Shown one piece after another: positions 41,579 to 50,478 of a stretch of DNA of 64,000 bases. How positions within the stretch are numbered: the first letter of the stretch is position 1; each line of letters opens with the position of its first letter. This DNA is from Candidatus Levyibacteriota bacterium. GTDB taxonomy: Bacteria; Patescibacteriota; Microgenomatia; Levybacterales; UBA12049. The notes below the pieces were generated by a model. It was not told where the DNA came from. It was given only the letters and a program-made list of their open reading frames with translations, and searched no databases. The position numbers and the translations under genes are program-made. Where the stretch lies: assembly GCA_003173895.1 (NCBI GenBank), contig PJMG01000021.1, positions 12,274 through 76,273 of the forward strand, in the 5' to 3' direction.

Positions 41579-43534
41579 ATGCTTTTATTAAATTTTATTT
41601 TATTTCTAATTGTTACTTTCTTACTTTTATATCCTATAGGTAATTTGTTATTAACACTTACTAAATTTGATTTAAGTAGTAAACAAAAAACTCTAGCATC
41701 TATTCCAATAGGAGTTGTTTCATTTATTTTAATAAATTACGTTTTTGCTTATTTACAATTACCATTTATAGCCCTATTAATTTTTGGATTAATTATATGT
41801 TATGGATTTTTTTATAAAAGAGAGATATTTAAGGTTGATTTTCATGATTTTGATAAATTAAGTCTAATAATTATTATTTTAGGTACTATAGCTTTTACCT
41901 CTTTAACATTCTATTCCAGTTTAATAACTAAAACAGGTACCAATTTTATTGGTGTAAATCATGTGGACGGATTTGTGCATTTAGCTCTAATGAAAAGTGA
42001 AGCCAAAGGAATTCCTGCCCAACTTCCTAGCTTAAATGGTAACATTCTCCGTGGCTACCATTATTTTTATGATTTTTTTGGGAGTCGTTTTATTTTATTT
42101 TTTAATCTTACTGCAGAAGATTTACAATTCAGATTTTTACCTATTTTCATGGGACTTTTTTATGGTTTAAGTATTTATCTATTTTTAGACGAAAAAAATG
42201 TAATAGTTAAAAGACTAGCTCTATTTTTCGTATACTTCGGACAAGGTTTTACATTTCTTTGGTTTTTCTTTTCTAAAACTCCTAATCTTTTTTATACTGC
42301 TGATATTCCTCAATCTATTCAATTAATCCAAGATCCTTCTGTAGTATTATCCTTAAGTATATTTTTTATTGCATTTTTTCTTCTAACTAAGATAAAAAAT
42401 ATCAAACAAGCTATCTTAATAGGTTGTGCTTTAGGGATTTTAGCGGAAATTAAAGTTTATGCAGGAATTATAGGTATTTTAGTTGTATGTTCATATTGTT
42501 TTATAAAATTTATATTAGAAAAGAAAAATTTATTTTACTACATTTTTACACTATTTATTACGGCTCTTATTACTGCTATAACCTTTTTACCTAATAATTT
42601 AGGTACAGTGAAGCTAATTTTCGCGCCATTTTTAATTTATAACCAATTTATTTCCCAAACACCTTTTGAATTTATAAAATGGCAATTACTATTACAAGTT
42701 TATACTCAATATCATAATATTCCCAGAATTATCCAATTATATTTAGAAGCATTTTTATTATTTTGGGTAGAAGCATTAGGTTTAAGAGTTCTAGTTTTAT
42801 TAGGAATATTTAAGATTTTTACTAAAAATTTTTGGAGGGATGATATTAAATTAATCCTTTCATTTTCAATATTTTTTTCTATTCTAATTCCTAGCCTTTT
42901 TATTCAAAACGTTTCTGTATTTGATATTTTACAATTTACGTGGGTTAGTTTAGTATTCTTTGGAATTTTAGCAGCATTTGTCTTTAATTATCTTTTAAGT
43001 AAGCTTAATAGAATTTTTAAAATTATTCTAATTATTTTAATAATTATTTGTTCTATACCAGGTCTATTAAATGTGGAGGATGGTATTTTTATAAATCCTT
43101 CTAATATGTATTTTACCTCTTCAGATTTAAAAGTAATCCAAACCATTAAAGATAATACTTCTCCCTATGGTTTTTTAGTAGATATTCCTCATGGAGATAT
43201 AGAAAATAAGACATTCTTTGATAGAACTGATTTAATATTGGAACGTGGTCCATTAGTTTCTGGTCTTACAGGTAGAAATACATATTATGAAAAAGCCATT
43301 TTAAAATATGGATTTCTACAACCTATTTATAGTAAAAGAAAAGGTGATTTAACAGAATTAGCTAATGATCTATTAAACTGTAATAACAATGCTATTGAAA
43401 ATAAACTTAAGCAAATAGGGAGCTTTGACGTTACCAGTTATGAATATTTTAACTGCGCTAATAACAATCCCTATATATTGAAATTGGCAAAAGGCAACAA
43501 TCTCTTTTACTACAAATTTAAAACTATTGAATAA
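41579..43534 (+). CDS. Polytopic membrane protein, probable GT-C glycosyltransferase
   Basis: Multi-TM; HVDG..H loop; YHYFYD; KVY; SGLTGR in the C-terminal domain. Confidence 0.6.
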   Translation: MLLLNFILFLIVTFLLLYPIGNLLLTLTKFDLSSKQKTLASIPIGVVSFILINYVFAYLQLPFIALLIFGLIICYGFFYKREIFKVDFHDFDKLSLIIIILGTIAFTSLTFYSSLITKTGTNFIGVNHVDGFVHLALMKSEAKGIPAQLPSLNGNILRGYHYFYDFFGSRFILFFNLTAEDLQFRFLPIFMGLFYGLSIYLFLDEKNVIVKRLALFFVYFGQGFTFLWFFFSKTPNLFYTADIPQSIQLIQDPSVVLSLSIFFIAFFLLTKIKNIKQAILIGCALGILAEIKVYAGIIGILVVCSYCFIKFILEKKNLFYYIFTLFITALITAITFLPNNLGTVKLIFAPFLIYNQFISQTPFEFIKWQLLLQVYTQYHNIPRIIQLYLEAFLLFWVEALGLRVLVLLGIFKIFTKNFWRDDIKLILSFSIFFSILIPSLFIQNVSVFDILQFTWVSLVFFGILAAFVFNYLLSKLNRIFKIILIILIIICSIPGLLNVEDGIFINPSNMYFTSSDLKVIQTIKDNTSPYGFLVDIPHGDIENKTFFDRTDLILERGPLVSGLTGRNTYYEKAILKYGFLQPIYSKRKGDLTELANDLLNCNNNAIENKLKQIGSFDVTSYEYFNCANNNPYILKLAKGNNLFYYKFKTIE

Positions 43535-43608
43535 TTCAGAAAGATTTAAGTTTTAGTAAGCTATTATAGATTTTGACTCTGGTCTATTTTGTTGTAAAAT
43601 CTAATAAA

Positions 43609-44544
43609 ATGATAAGTTTAATAATTCCAGTTTTAAATGAAGAAGAAAATATAAAGAATCTTCATGGAGAAATATTTAAAATTTTAGATAGCTTAAAAGA
43701 AAATTATGAAGTCATTTATATTGATGATGGATCTACCGATAATTCTCTTCCTCTCTTAAAAGAGGAAGAATTAAAAAATAAAAAAATAAGAATTTTTTCC
43801 TTTAGAAGATCACGTGGAAAATCAGAAGCATTAACTTTAGGATTTAAAAAAGCGAAAGGAGACATTATTATTACACTAGATGCAGATTTACAAGATGATC
43901 CTAAAGCTATTCCACAAATGATTGAAATCTTAAAAAAAGGATATGATTGTGTTTGCGGATGGAGAAAAGATAGAAAAGATAAACCTCTTACTATTTATTC
44001 TTCTAAATTTTTTAATTGGGTGTCAGGTAAATTTTGGAGAGTAGAAGTACACGATTTTAACTGTGGTCTTAAAGTTTATACTAAAGAAGCTGCTAAAAGT
44101 CTTACTTTATATGGTGGAATGCATAGATTTATCCCACTTCTTTTACAAAATGAAGGTTTTAAACTCACAGAATTACCCATTAATCACCAAAAAAGAAAAT
44201 TCGGTAAATCTAAATATGGCGTCTCTAAAATTTTTAAAGACTTACCTGATATGTTTACTATTTTATTTTTAAGTACATATAGTGAAAGACCATCACACTT
44301 TTTTTCCGCTGTCGGAGGAATTTTTAGTTTAGTTGGTTTTATTTTTCTACTATATTTAAGTATTATGCACTGGTTTTATAATCAAAGAATTGGTACCCGT
44401 CCACTTTGGTCAGTAGGAGTTCTATTCGTTTTAATAGGTTTGCAAACAATTTTTACTGGATTCTTAGCTGATTTAATGATTAATATTTATCATGAAAGAA
44501 GAGAAGAAAAAGACTTTGATAATAAAATAAAGTATCATAACTGA
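43609..44544 (+). CDS. ArnC/GtrB-like GT2 undecaprenyl-phosphate glycosyltransferase
   Basis: SLIIPVLNE; DDGSTD; LDADLQDDP; HDFNCGLK; HRFIP; two C-terminal TMs. The ATG at 43609 is preferred because the TTG at 43573 is part of a -35 box. Confidence 0.9.
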   Translation: MISLIIPVLNEEENIKNLHGEIFKILDSLKENYEVIYIDDGSTDNSLPLLKEEELKNKKIRIFSFRRSRGKSEALTLGFKKAKGDIIITLDADLQDDPKAIPQMIEILKKGYDCVCGWRKDRKDKPLTIYSSKFFNWVSGKFWRVEVHDFNCGLKVYTKEAAKSLTLYGGMHRFIPLLLQNEGFKLTELPINHQKRKFGKSKYGVSKIFKDLPDMFTILFLSTYSERPSHFFSAVGGIFSLVGFIFLLYLSIMHWFYNQRIGTRPLWSVGVLFVLIGLQTIFTGFLADLMINIYHERREEKDFDNKIKYHN

Positions 44545-44550
44545 TTTATT

Positions 44551-45114
44551 ATGAAAATTGGAATTGATGTTTCTCAGTTGGCATATGAAAATACTGGAGT
44601 AGCGAATTATCTAAAAAGTTTGACTGAAACTTTATTAAAGATTGATCAAAAAAATGAATATATTTTGTTTTTCTCAAGTCTAAGAAGAAAATTTCCAATT
44701 GCCAATTTTTACAATTCTAATTTCAAACTCAAAACATTCAGATTTCCACCCATATTGCTTGATTTTTTATGGAATAAATTACATATCTTACCCATCGAAA
44801 ATTTAATTGGAAATGTAGATATCTTTATAACGTCTGATTGGGTAGAACCACCTGCTAAAAAGGCCAGAAAAGCTACTATTATTTATGATTTAATAGTTTA
44901 TAAATACCCTGAAGAATCACATAATCAATTTAGCTTTAATTGGAAAAATTTATTAATTAAACCCAACATTGTTGCTTCACAAAAAAGAAAATTAAAATGG
45001 GTTAAAAAAGAAACTGATTTAATCTTTGCTATTTCTAAGGCTACCAAAAATGATATAGTTGATATATTAAAAATTCCAGAAGAAAAAATAGAGATAATTT
45101 ATCCAGGTGTCTAA
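44551..45114 (+). CDS. Stand-alone GT4 N-terminal domain (half enzyme or truncation)
   Basis: MKIGID; TGVANY; IYDL; ISKATKND; ends at IIYPGV with no EGFG-containing C-terminal domain. Confidence 0.75.
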   Translation: MKIGIDVSQLAYENTGVANYLKSLTETLLKIDQKNEYILFFSSLRRKFPIANFYNSNFKLKTFRFPPILLDFLWNKLHILPIENLIGNVDIFITSDWVEPPAKKARKATIIYDLIVYKYPEESHNQFSFNWKNLLIKPNIVASQKRKLKWVKKETDLIFAISKATKNDIVDILKIPEEKIEIIYPGV

Positions 45115-45139
45115 CTTCTAACATCACAGCCTATAATAA

Positions 45140-45168
45140 TTGACTTCCCTCACTAATCGTCCTATAAT
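45140..45168 (+). promoter_or_regulatory. sigma70-like promoter (leaderless type)
   Basis: TTGACT-17 nt-TATAAT; ATG 6 nt downstream. Confidence 0.7.
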
Positions 45169-45174
45169 TATATT

Positions 45175-45627
45175 ATGCTTCCTGAATTTGATAATACAAC
45201 TGTAGCTATTCCTACTGTCCATATAGAAGCTCAACTATCTCTTCAACAAAAGATAGAAATAATTGAAAGAAAAAGAGCTGAAAATAAAGGGGGAATGCAT
45301 ATTATAGAAGATAATGGACTAGTAGATCCTTCTATATTAAATGAACATAGTATGATAGCTAGAATAAAAATAGCAGGTTTTAATGGTATTGAATATAATA
45401 TAGTAACTGATGGTTTAAGTTGTGAAATATATGGTTTTGATCCATTAACAGGAAGGCATTTTACTGAAACCAACAACTCTGTCGAATTAGGTCTTGTTAT
45501 TCGTAAGCAACCATTGAATTTTAGCTTAAAACCGGAATTTGAGTCTAATTTAATTGAAGCTGGCGTAGTTAATGCTACGTTTCCTCAGGGTATAGTACTT
45601 AAAATGAGTGTTGGTTCATATAAATAA
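45175..45627 (+). CDS. Hypothetical cytoplasmic protein
   Basis: 150-aa ORF filling the gap, with its own near-consensus promoter; no recognised motif. Confidence 0.65.
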   Translation: MLPEFDNTTVAIPTVHIEAQLSLQQKIEIIERKRAENKGGMHIIEDNGLVDPSILNEHSMIARIKIAGFNGIEYNIVTDGLSCEIYGFDPLTGRHFTETNNSVELGLVIRKQPLNFSLKPEFESNLIEAGVVNATFPQGIVLKMSVGSYK

Positions 45628-45677
45628 ACTAAGCTCCTCTCTGGTAAGTAGCCTCTTTATCTTGTTATACTAACTAT

Positions 45678-46832
45678 ATGTTAATCGGTATTGATGGAAA
45701 TGAAGCTAATGTGGAAAAAAGAGTAGGGATAAGCGAGTACTCCTTTGAACTTTTGAAGCAATTCAATAGATATGAAACGCCTAATATTAAATATCAGATT
45801 TATTTGAAAGAAAAACCTTTAGATCACATGCCAAAAGAGAGTGAAAATTGGCAGTACAAAATTGTATCTCCGAAAAAACTCTGGACTCAGATTGGTTTAC
45901 CTATTTATTTATTTACACATTTTCCCCGCCCTGACATTTTTTTAAGTCTTACCCATTATGCTCCACGTTTCTCACCAGTTCCTACGGCCATCGCTATTAT
46001 GGATTTAGCCTATTTAAGATTTCCTGAAATGTTTAAGGAGAGGGATTTATATCAACTAAAAAACTGGACAGCTTATTCAGCTAAAAGTGCTAGTTTGATT
46101 TTTACAATTAGTAATAGTTCTAAAGATGATATAATTAAATTCTATAATATCAATCCTAAAAAAATTATCGTTACATATCTTGGGATTAAAAATGAATTAG
46201 GAAGTATGAATCCCGCCGACGCTAAAGCTATAGCGGGCAAGAATGAATTAAGTATGAAATTTGAGGATGTTAAAAATAAATATAAAATTTCCGATAAATT
46301 TATATTATTTGTCGGTACACTTCAGCCTAGGAAAAATATAGTTAGTCTTATCGAAGCATTTTCACTCTTAAAAGAAGAGGATTTAAATTTAGTTATAGTG
46401 GGTAGAAAAGGGTGGCTATACGAAGAAATACTAGCAGCGCCAGAAAAATTTGGAGTAGAAAAAAATGTAAAATTTTTAGACTTTGTGCCTGATGATGAAT
46501 TAAACGTTTTATATAAAAATGCCATTTGTTACTGTTTACCTAGTCTTTATGAAGGATTTGGCCTCCCTGTTTTAGAAGCTATGCAAAGAGGTTGTCCAGT
46601 GTTAACCAGCAATGTTAGTAGTCTTCCCGAAGCTGGAGGAAACGCTGCATTATATTTTGACCCAAACAAATCAGAAGATATAGCTAAAAAACTGGAAATA
46701 ATAATTAAAGATAAAAAATTGCGTTATGAAATGATAAAAAAAGGTTATGAACAAATTAAAAAATTTAGTTGGGAAAAAACAGCTAAGCAAACACTTGATG
46801 CATTAATAAATTTAGGAGAAAATAATAAATAA
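45678..46832 (+). CDS. GT4 glycosyltransferase
   Basis: IGIDGNEAN; VGTLQPRKN; PSLYEGFGLPVLEAM. Confidence 0.92.
   Translation: MLIGIDGNEANVEKRVGISEYSFELLKQFNRYETPNIKYQIYLKEKPLDHMPKESENWQYKIVSPKKLWTQIGLPIYLFTHFPRPDIFLSLTHYAPRFSPVPTAIAIMDLAYLRFPEMFKERDLYQLKNWTAYSAKSASLIFTISNSSKDDIIKFYNINPKKIIVTYLGIKNELGSMNPADAKAIAGKNELSMKFEDVKNKYKISDKFILFVGTLQPRKNIVSLIEAFSLLKEEDLNLVIVGRKGWLYEEILAAPEKFGVEKNVKFLDFVPDDELNVLYKNAICYCLPSLYEGFGLPVLEAMQRGCPVLTSNVSSLPEAGGNAALYFDPNKSEDIAKKLEIIIKDKKLRYEMIKKGYEQIKKFSWEKTAKQTLDALINLGENNK
46212..46237. repeat. GC-rich palindromic (REP-like) element inserted in frame in a GT4 gene
   Basis: CCCGC-CGACGCTAAAGCTATA-GCGGG, flanked by near-duplicated AATGAATTA(GGA)AGTATGAA. Confidence 0.6.
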
Positions 46833-46847
46833 TTGCATTTTTATTTT

Positions 46848-47402
46848 ATGACAAAAAAAATTCTAAATAGAATTAAAACTATTTGGTTAGAACTTATTAA
46901 TTTAAAATTAATTTGCACGGGTTACGTACCAATTCATCATTATAGAAGGTTTATTTATAGATTATTTGGTATAAAAATTGGTAAAGGGTCGACTATTCAT
47001 ACCAGAGCTGTTTTTTATAATATTTCTAATATTAAAATTGGTGAAGATACTATCATAGGTGAAGGTGCTGTTTTAGATGGGAGAGCTAATTTAACTATTG
47101 GCAATCATGTGGATATTGCATCAGAGGTAATGATCTATAATGGTCAACATGATATCAATGATGAAAATTTTAAAGCTACGTTTGCCCCTGTTGAAATAGA
47201 AGATTATGTGTTTATGGGTCCACGGGCTATTATTCTGCCTGGAGTAAAAGTTGGTAGGGGAGCAGTTATTGGCGCTGGAGCAGTAGTAACAAAAGATGTT
47301 GAGGAATTATCTATTGTGGGAGGAATTCCTGCAAAAGAAATAGGTAATAGGAAAATCGGAAAACTAAATTATAAACTCGGTCGCGCTGCTTGGTTTAGAT
47401 AA
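46848..47402 (+). CDS. Hexapeptide-repeat (LbH) O-acyltransferase
   Basis: IKIGKGSTI; IGEDTII; ILPGVKVGRGAVIGAGAVVTKDV. Confidence 0.9.
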   Translation: MTKKILNRIKTIWLELINLKLICTGYVPIHHYRRFIYRLFGIKIGKGSTIHTRAVFYNISNIKIGEDTIIGEGAVLDGRANLTIGNHVDIASEVMIYNGQHDINDENFKATFAPVEIEDYVFMGPRAIILPGVKVGRGAVIGAGAVVTKDVEELSIVGGIPAKEIGNRKIGKLNYKLGRAAWFR

Positions 47403-47403
47403 T

Positions 47404-50400
47404 ATGAAAAGATTTTTAAATTTTTTAGATGAGAATTTATTAAAATGGGGAGTATTTTTAACGGTACTTTTTATACCACTTTATCCTAAGCTCCCAAGTG
47501 TACACATAAATCATGTTTGGGTTTATATTAGATTGGAAGATTTTTTGATATTGGCTTTAAGCCTTATTTGGTTGGTACAGATATTAAGAAAGAAAATTAA
47601 ATTTTATTGGCCTTTAGCCATTCCTATTATTCTATACTGGATTTGTGGATTTTTTTCATTTCTAAACTCACTCTATTTAGCTCCAAGTATTCCTAATTTT
47701 TTCGCATCAATTGCCTTTTTATCTTATGGTCGCCATCTAGAATACATGATTCTTTTCCCAATAGGTTTTTCTATAGTAAAAACTAAAGAGGATATCAAAC
47801 AATTTTTTATATTTTTATCAATCTCTACGATCGGGATCATTTTATATGGTTTAGGCCAAAGATATTATCTTTACTTATGGAGCGCGTTTCCTAAATTTTT
47901 TGAGACATATTCTTTCTGTTTTCCATCATTTCAAACGGGAAATGAAGAATTTGCTAAAGGTGTAGCATTATGTTTACCCTCTGATGCGAGAATTACCTCT
48001 ACATTTGGTGGACATTATGATTTAGCTGCATTTATGGTGATGATTGCACCAATTTTTGGCTCACTTGCTATTTTAGCTAAAAAGTTTTATCAAAAAATAA
48101 TTTATTTTTTGATTTTCACAGGATCTTTAATGTTATTAATATTTACAGCATCTCGTATATCATATGTAGCATATCTAATAGGTTTTGCTTTTACTTTTAT
48201 TTTCCTAAAAAAGAAAAAATGGATTATACCTTTTACCATTTTTAGCATAATTTTACTCTTAATATTTAGTAGTTCTACAGCAAAAAGATTTTTAGAAACT
48301 ATTAGGTTTACGAATATAGTAACTAATAATCAGGGACAAGTAGTCGGAGTTACAGCTAGTTCATTACCATCTAATTTACAAAATAAAATTTCTAAAAATG
48401 CAGATGTTATAGAAGCTAATACGCCATCTCAGAGTTTACCTACAGGTTCTGGTTTTATAACATTACCTACAGGTGGACAAAAAACTAATGTAGCAGTAGT
48501 TCAATCATCTTTAACGGCTGCTCAGCAAAAACAATTAAAACTGACTAATGGGGGAGTTCAAATCTCTACTGTTTCCGGTAGTTTCTTAATTCAAAAAGCT
48601 TTAGTTTACGATATTTCCTTTACTACACGCTTTCAAGGAGAGTGGCCAACTGCATGGAAAGCTTTCATGAGAAATCCAATAATAGGTCAGGGATTTTCTA
48701 CTATTACACTTGCAACTGATGGAGAGTACTTTAGAATTTTAGGAGAATCAGGCACTTTAGGTTTAATATCTCTATTCCTAGTGTTCTCTTTTATAGGCGG
48801 TTTGTTTACTGATAAAGAAAAATATTTAAAAAATAATTTAAATAGAGTATTAGTGTTTGGCTTAGCAGGAGGAGTGATCGGTGTTTTATTAAATGGAACT
48901 TTCATCGATGTCCTAGAAGCATCTAAAGTAGCTGAGACAATGTGGCTATTTTTAGGAATAGCTGCTGGTGCCTCTATGCTAGAAAATAAAGAAAAAGTAG
49001 ATTTTAAAAAATATTTAACTAAAATATTCTCCAGTAATATTCTAATATTTATATATATTTTAGTTATAGCAGGCATTGTATTTATGCCTCATGTTTCTAA
49101 TTTTTTCTCAGCCGATGATTTTACTTGGCTAAAATGGGCAGCTTCAACTACATCCACTAAAGATATACTCAGATATTTTATAGATTCTCAAGGATTTTTC
49201 TATAGACCTATAGATAAAACTCTAATGTATGCTATGTATGCAGTTCTATCTTTCCAACCAGAGGGTTATAGAGTAGTAATTTATTTCTTTAATTTCTTTT
49301 GTGCATTCGGACTTTATTTAATAACTTGGAAAATTACTGGTAAAAAATTAATCTCATTTATTAGTAGTTTAATTTTTTTACTAAATCCTTCTCATGGAGA
49401 GGATATTTACTGGATTTCTAGTATTTCAACGACACTTTCGTCTGTTTTTATAATTTTTGGCCTTAATTATTGGATTAATTTTAGGAATAAAAATAACTAT
49501 TTATATTACTTAATAGCATTTATCTTTTTCGCTTTATCTCTTTTAAGTTATGAAATGTCAGTTATATTTATTTTATTAGTTTTTTCTTATGATTTAATCT
49601 TTGTAAAAATTAAGAGTAAAACTCAAGAGATTTTAAATTACTTACCCATATTCTTACTAATCCCTGCTTACCTAGTTGTTCGTTATATAGCTCATACTGT
49701 GGCAGTTGGCGGTGATTATTCATACAATTTTAGTCACTTTATTCCCAATTTCATAGGTAATGCATTTGGATATTTAATGCTTGGTTTATTTGGTGAATCT
49801 ACATTGCCATTTTATAACAATTTAAGACTTTCTCTAAAAAGTGAAATTTTACCCATAAGTTTAGGATTGATTGTTATATTTATAATTATTACTACAATGA
49901 TCTTTATATTTAGAAATAGAATTAAACTTAAAAATAATCTATTTATTTTTTCCATTTTATTTTTTGTCATTTCCCTTTTACCATTCCTGGGTTTAGGTAA
50001 TATAGCACCTCGTTATGATTTCTTAGCTAGTGTGGGTATTAGTTTGTTTTTAGCTTTTATATTTATAAATATCGAAAAAATCATGACTAAAATTGGAGCT
50101 ATGAAAATTAATGTTTTTATAACACTTTTGGGTGCATTATTGATTGTTATTTATGGTGAATTAGTAACTCTAGAAAATACTCAGTGGCAAAAAGCTGGGA
50201 CAGTAGTCGAAAATGCGCTCATTTATCTAAGGACAAATATTCCAAATCCTGCATCTAATAGTAATTTTTACTTTGTAAATAATCCTATTCGTTTTAATAA
50301 TGCTTGGGTTCTACCTTTAGGCTTAAGTGATGGAATGTGGTTTATTTATAGAGATGAAACTATTAAAACGGTAAACGTAGAGTCATTAGCTCAAGGAAAA

Positions 50401-50478
50401 TTCTTTGCAGCTAATAATAAAAATAGCTACCTTTTAGAATTTGATAAAAATTATAATTTAAAAAAAGTTAAAAAATAA
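47404..50478 (+). CDS. Fusion of an O-antigen ligase/polymerase (Wzy_C/WaaL)-like domain and a GT-C-like domain
   Basis: RITSTFGGHYD; TASR; FTTRF..W..A...F.RNPIIGQG; DGEYFRILGESG; then SADDF, FYRP and a further multi-TM region. Confidence 0.72.
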   Translation: MKRFLNFLDENLLKWGVFLTVLFIPLYPKLPSVHINHVWVYIRLEDFLILALSLIWLVQILRKKIKFYWPLAIPIILYWICGFFSFLNSLYLAPSIPNFFASIAFLSYGRHLEYMILFPIGFSIVKTKEDIKQFFIFLSISTIGIILYGLGQRYYLYLWSAFPKFFETYSFCFPSFQTGNEEFAKGVALCLPSDARITSTFGGHYDLAAFMVMIAPIFGSLAILAKKFYQKIIYFLIFTGSLMLLIFTASRISYVAYLIGFAFTFIFLKKKKWIIPFTIFSIILLLIFSSSTAKRFLETIRFTNIVTNNQGQVVGVTASSLPSNLQNKISKNADVIEANTPSQSLPTGSGFITLPTGGQKTNVAVVQSSLTAAQQKQLKLTNGGVQISTVSGSFLIQKALVYDISFTTRFQGEWPTAWKAFMRNPIIGQGFSTITLATDGEYFRILGESGTLGLISLFLVFSFIGGLFTDKEKYLKNNLNRVLVFGLAGGVIGVLLNGTFIDVLEASKVAETMWLFLGIAAGASMLENKEKVDFKKYLTKIFSSNILIFIYILVIAGIVFMPHVSNFFSADDFTWLKWAASTTSTKDILRYFIDSQGFFYRPIDKTLMYAMYAVLSFQPEGYRVVIYFFNFFCAFGLYLITWKITGKKLISFISSLIFLLNPSHGEDIYWISSISTTLSSVFIIFGLNYWINFRNKNNYLYYLIAFIFFALSLLSYEMSVIFILLVFSYDLIFVKIKSKTQEILNYLPIFLLIPAYLVVRYIAHTVAVGGDYSYNFSHFIPNFIGNAFGYLMLGLFGESTLPFYNNLRLSLKSEILPISLGLIVIFIIITTMIFIFRNRIKLKNNLFIFSILFFVISLLPFLGLGNIAPRYDFLASVGISLFLAFIFINIEKIMTKIGAMKINVFITLLGALLIVIYGELVTLENTQWQKAGTVVENALIYLRTNIPNPASNSNFYFVNNPIRFNNAWVLPLGLSDGMWFIYRDETIKTVNVESLAQGKFFAANNKNSYLLEFDKNYNLKKVKK

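Noticed and set aside
43573-43608. TTG-start N-terminal extension of the ArnC-like gene (similarly 46833, 56026 and 60599)
   Set aside because: These extensions overlap promoter or structured leader sequence, and family similarity begins at the downstream ATG.
4202-46860. A8-A9 homopolymers (for example 4202, 34146, 46853) as phase-variation tracts
   Set aside because: Such runs are expected in very AT-rich, Lys-rich genes. All frames are intact and no long G/C tracts were seen.
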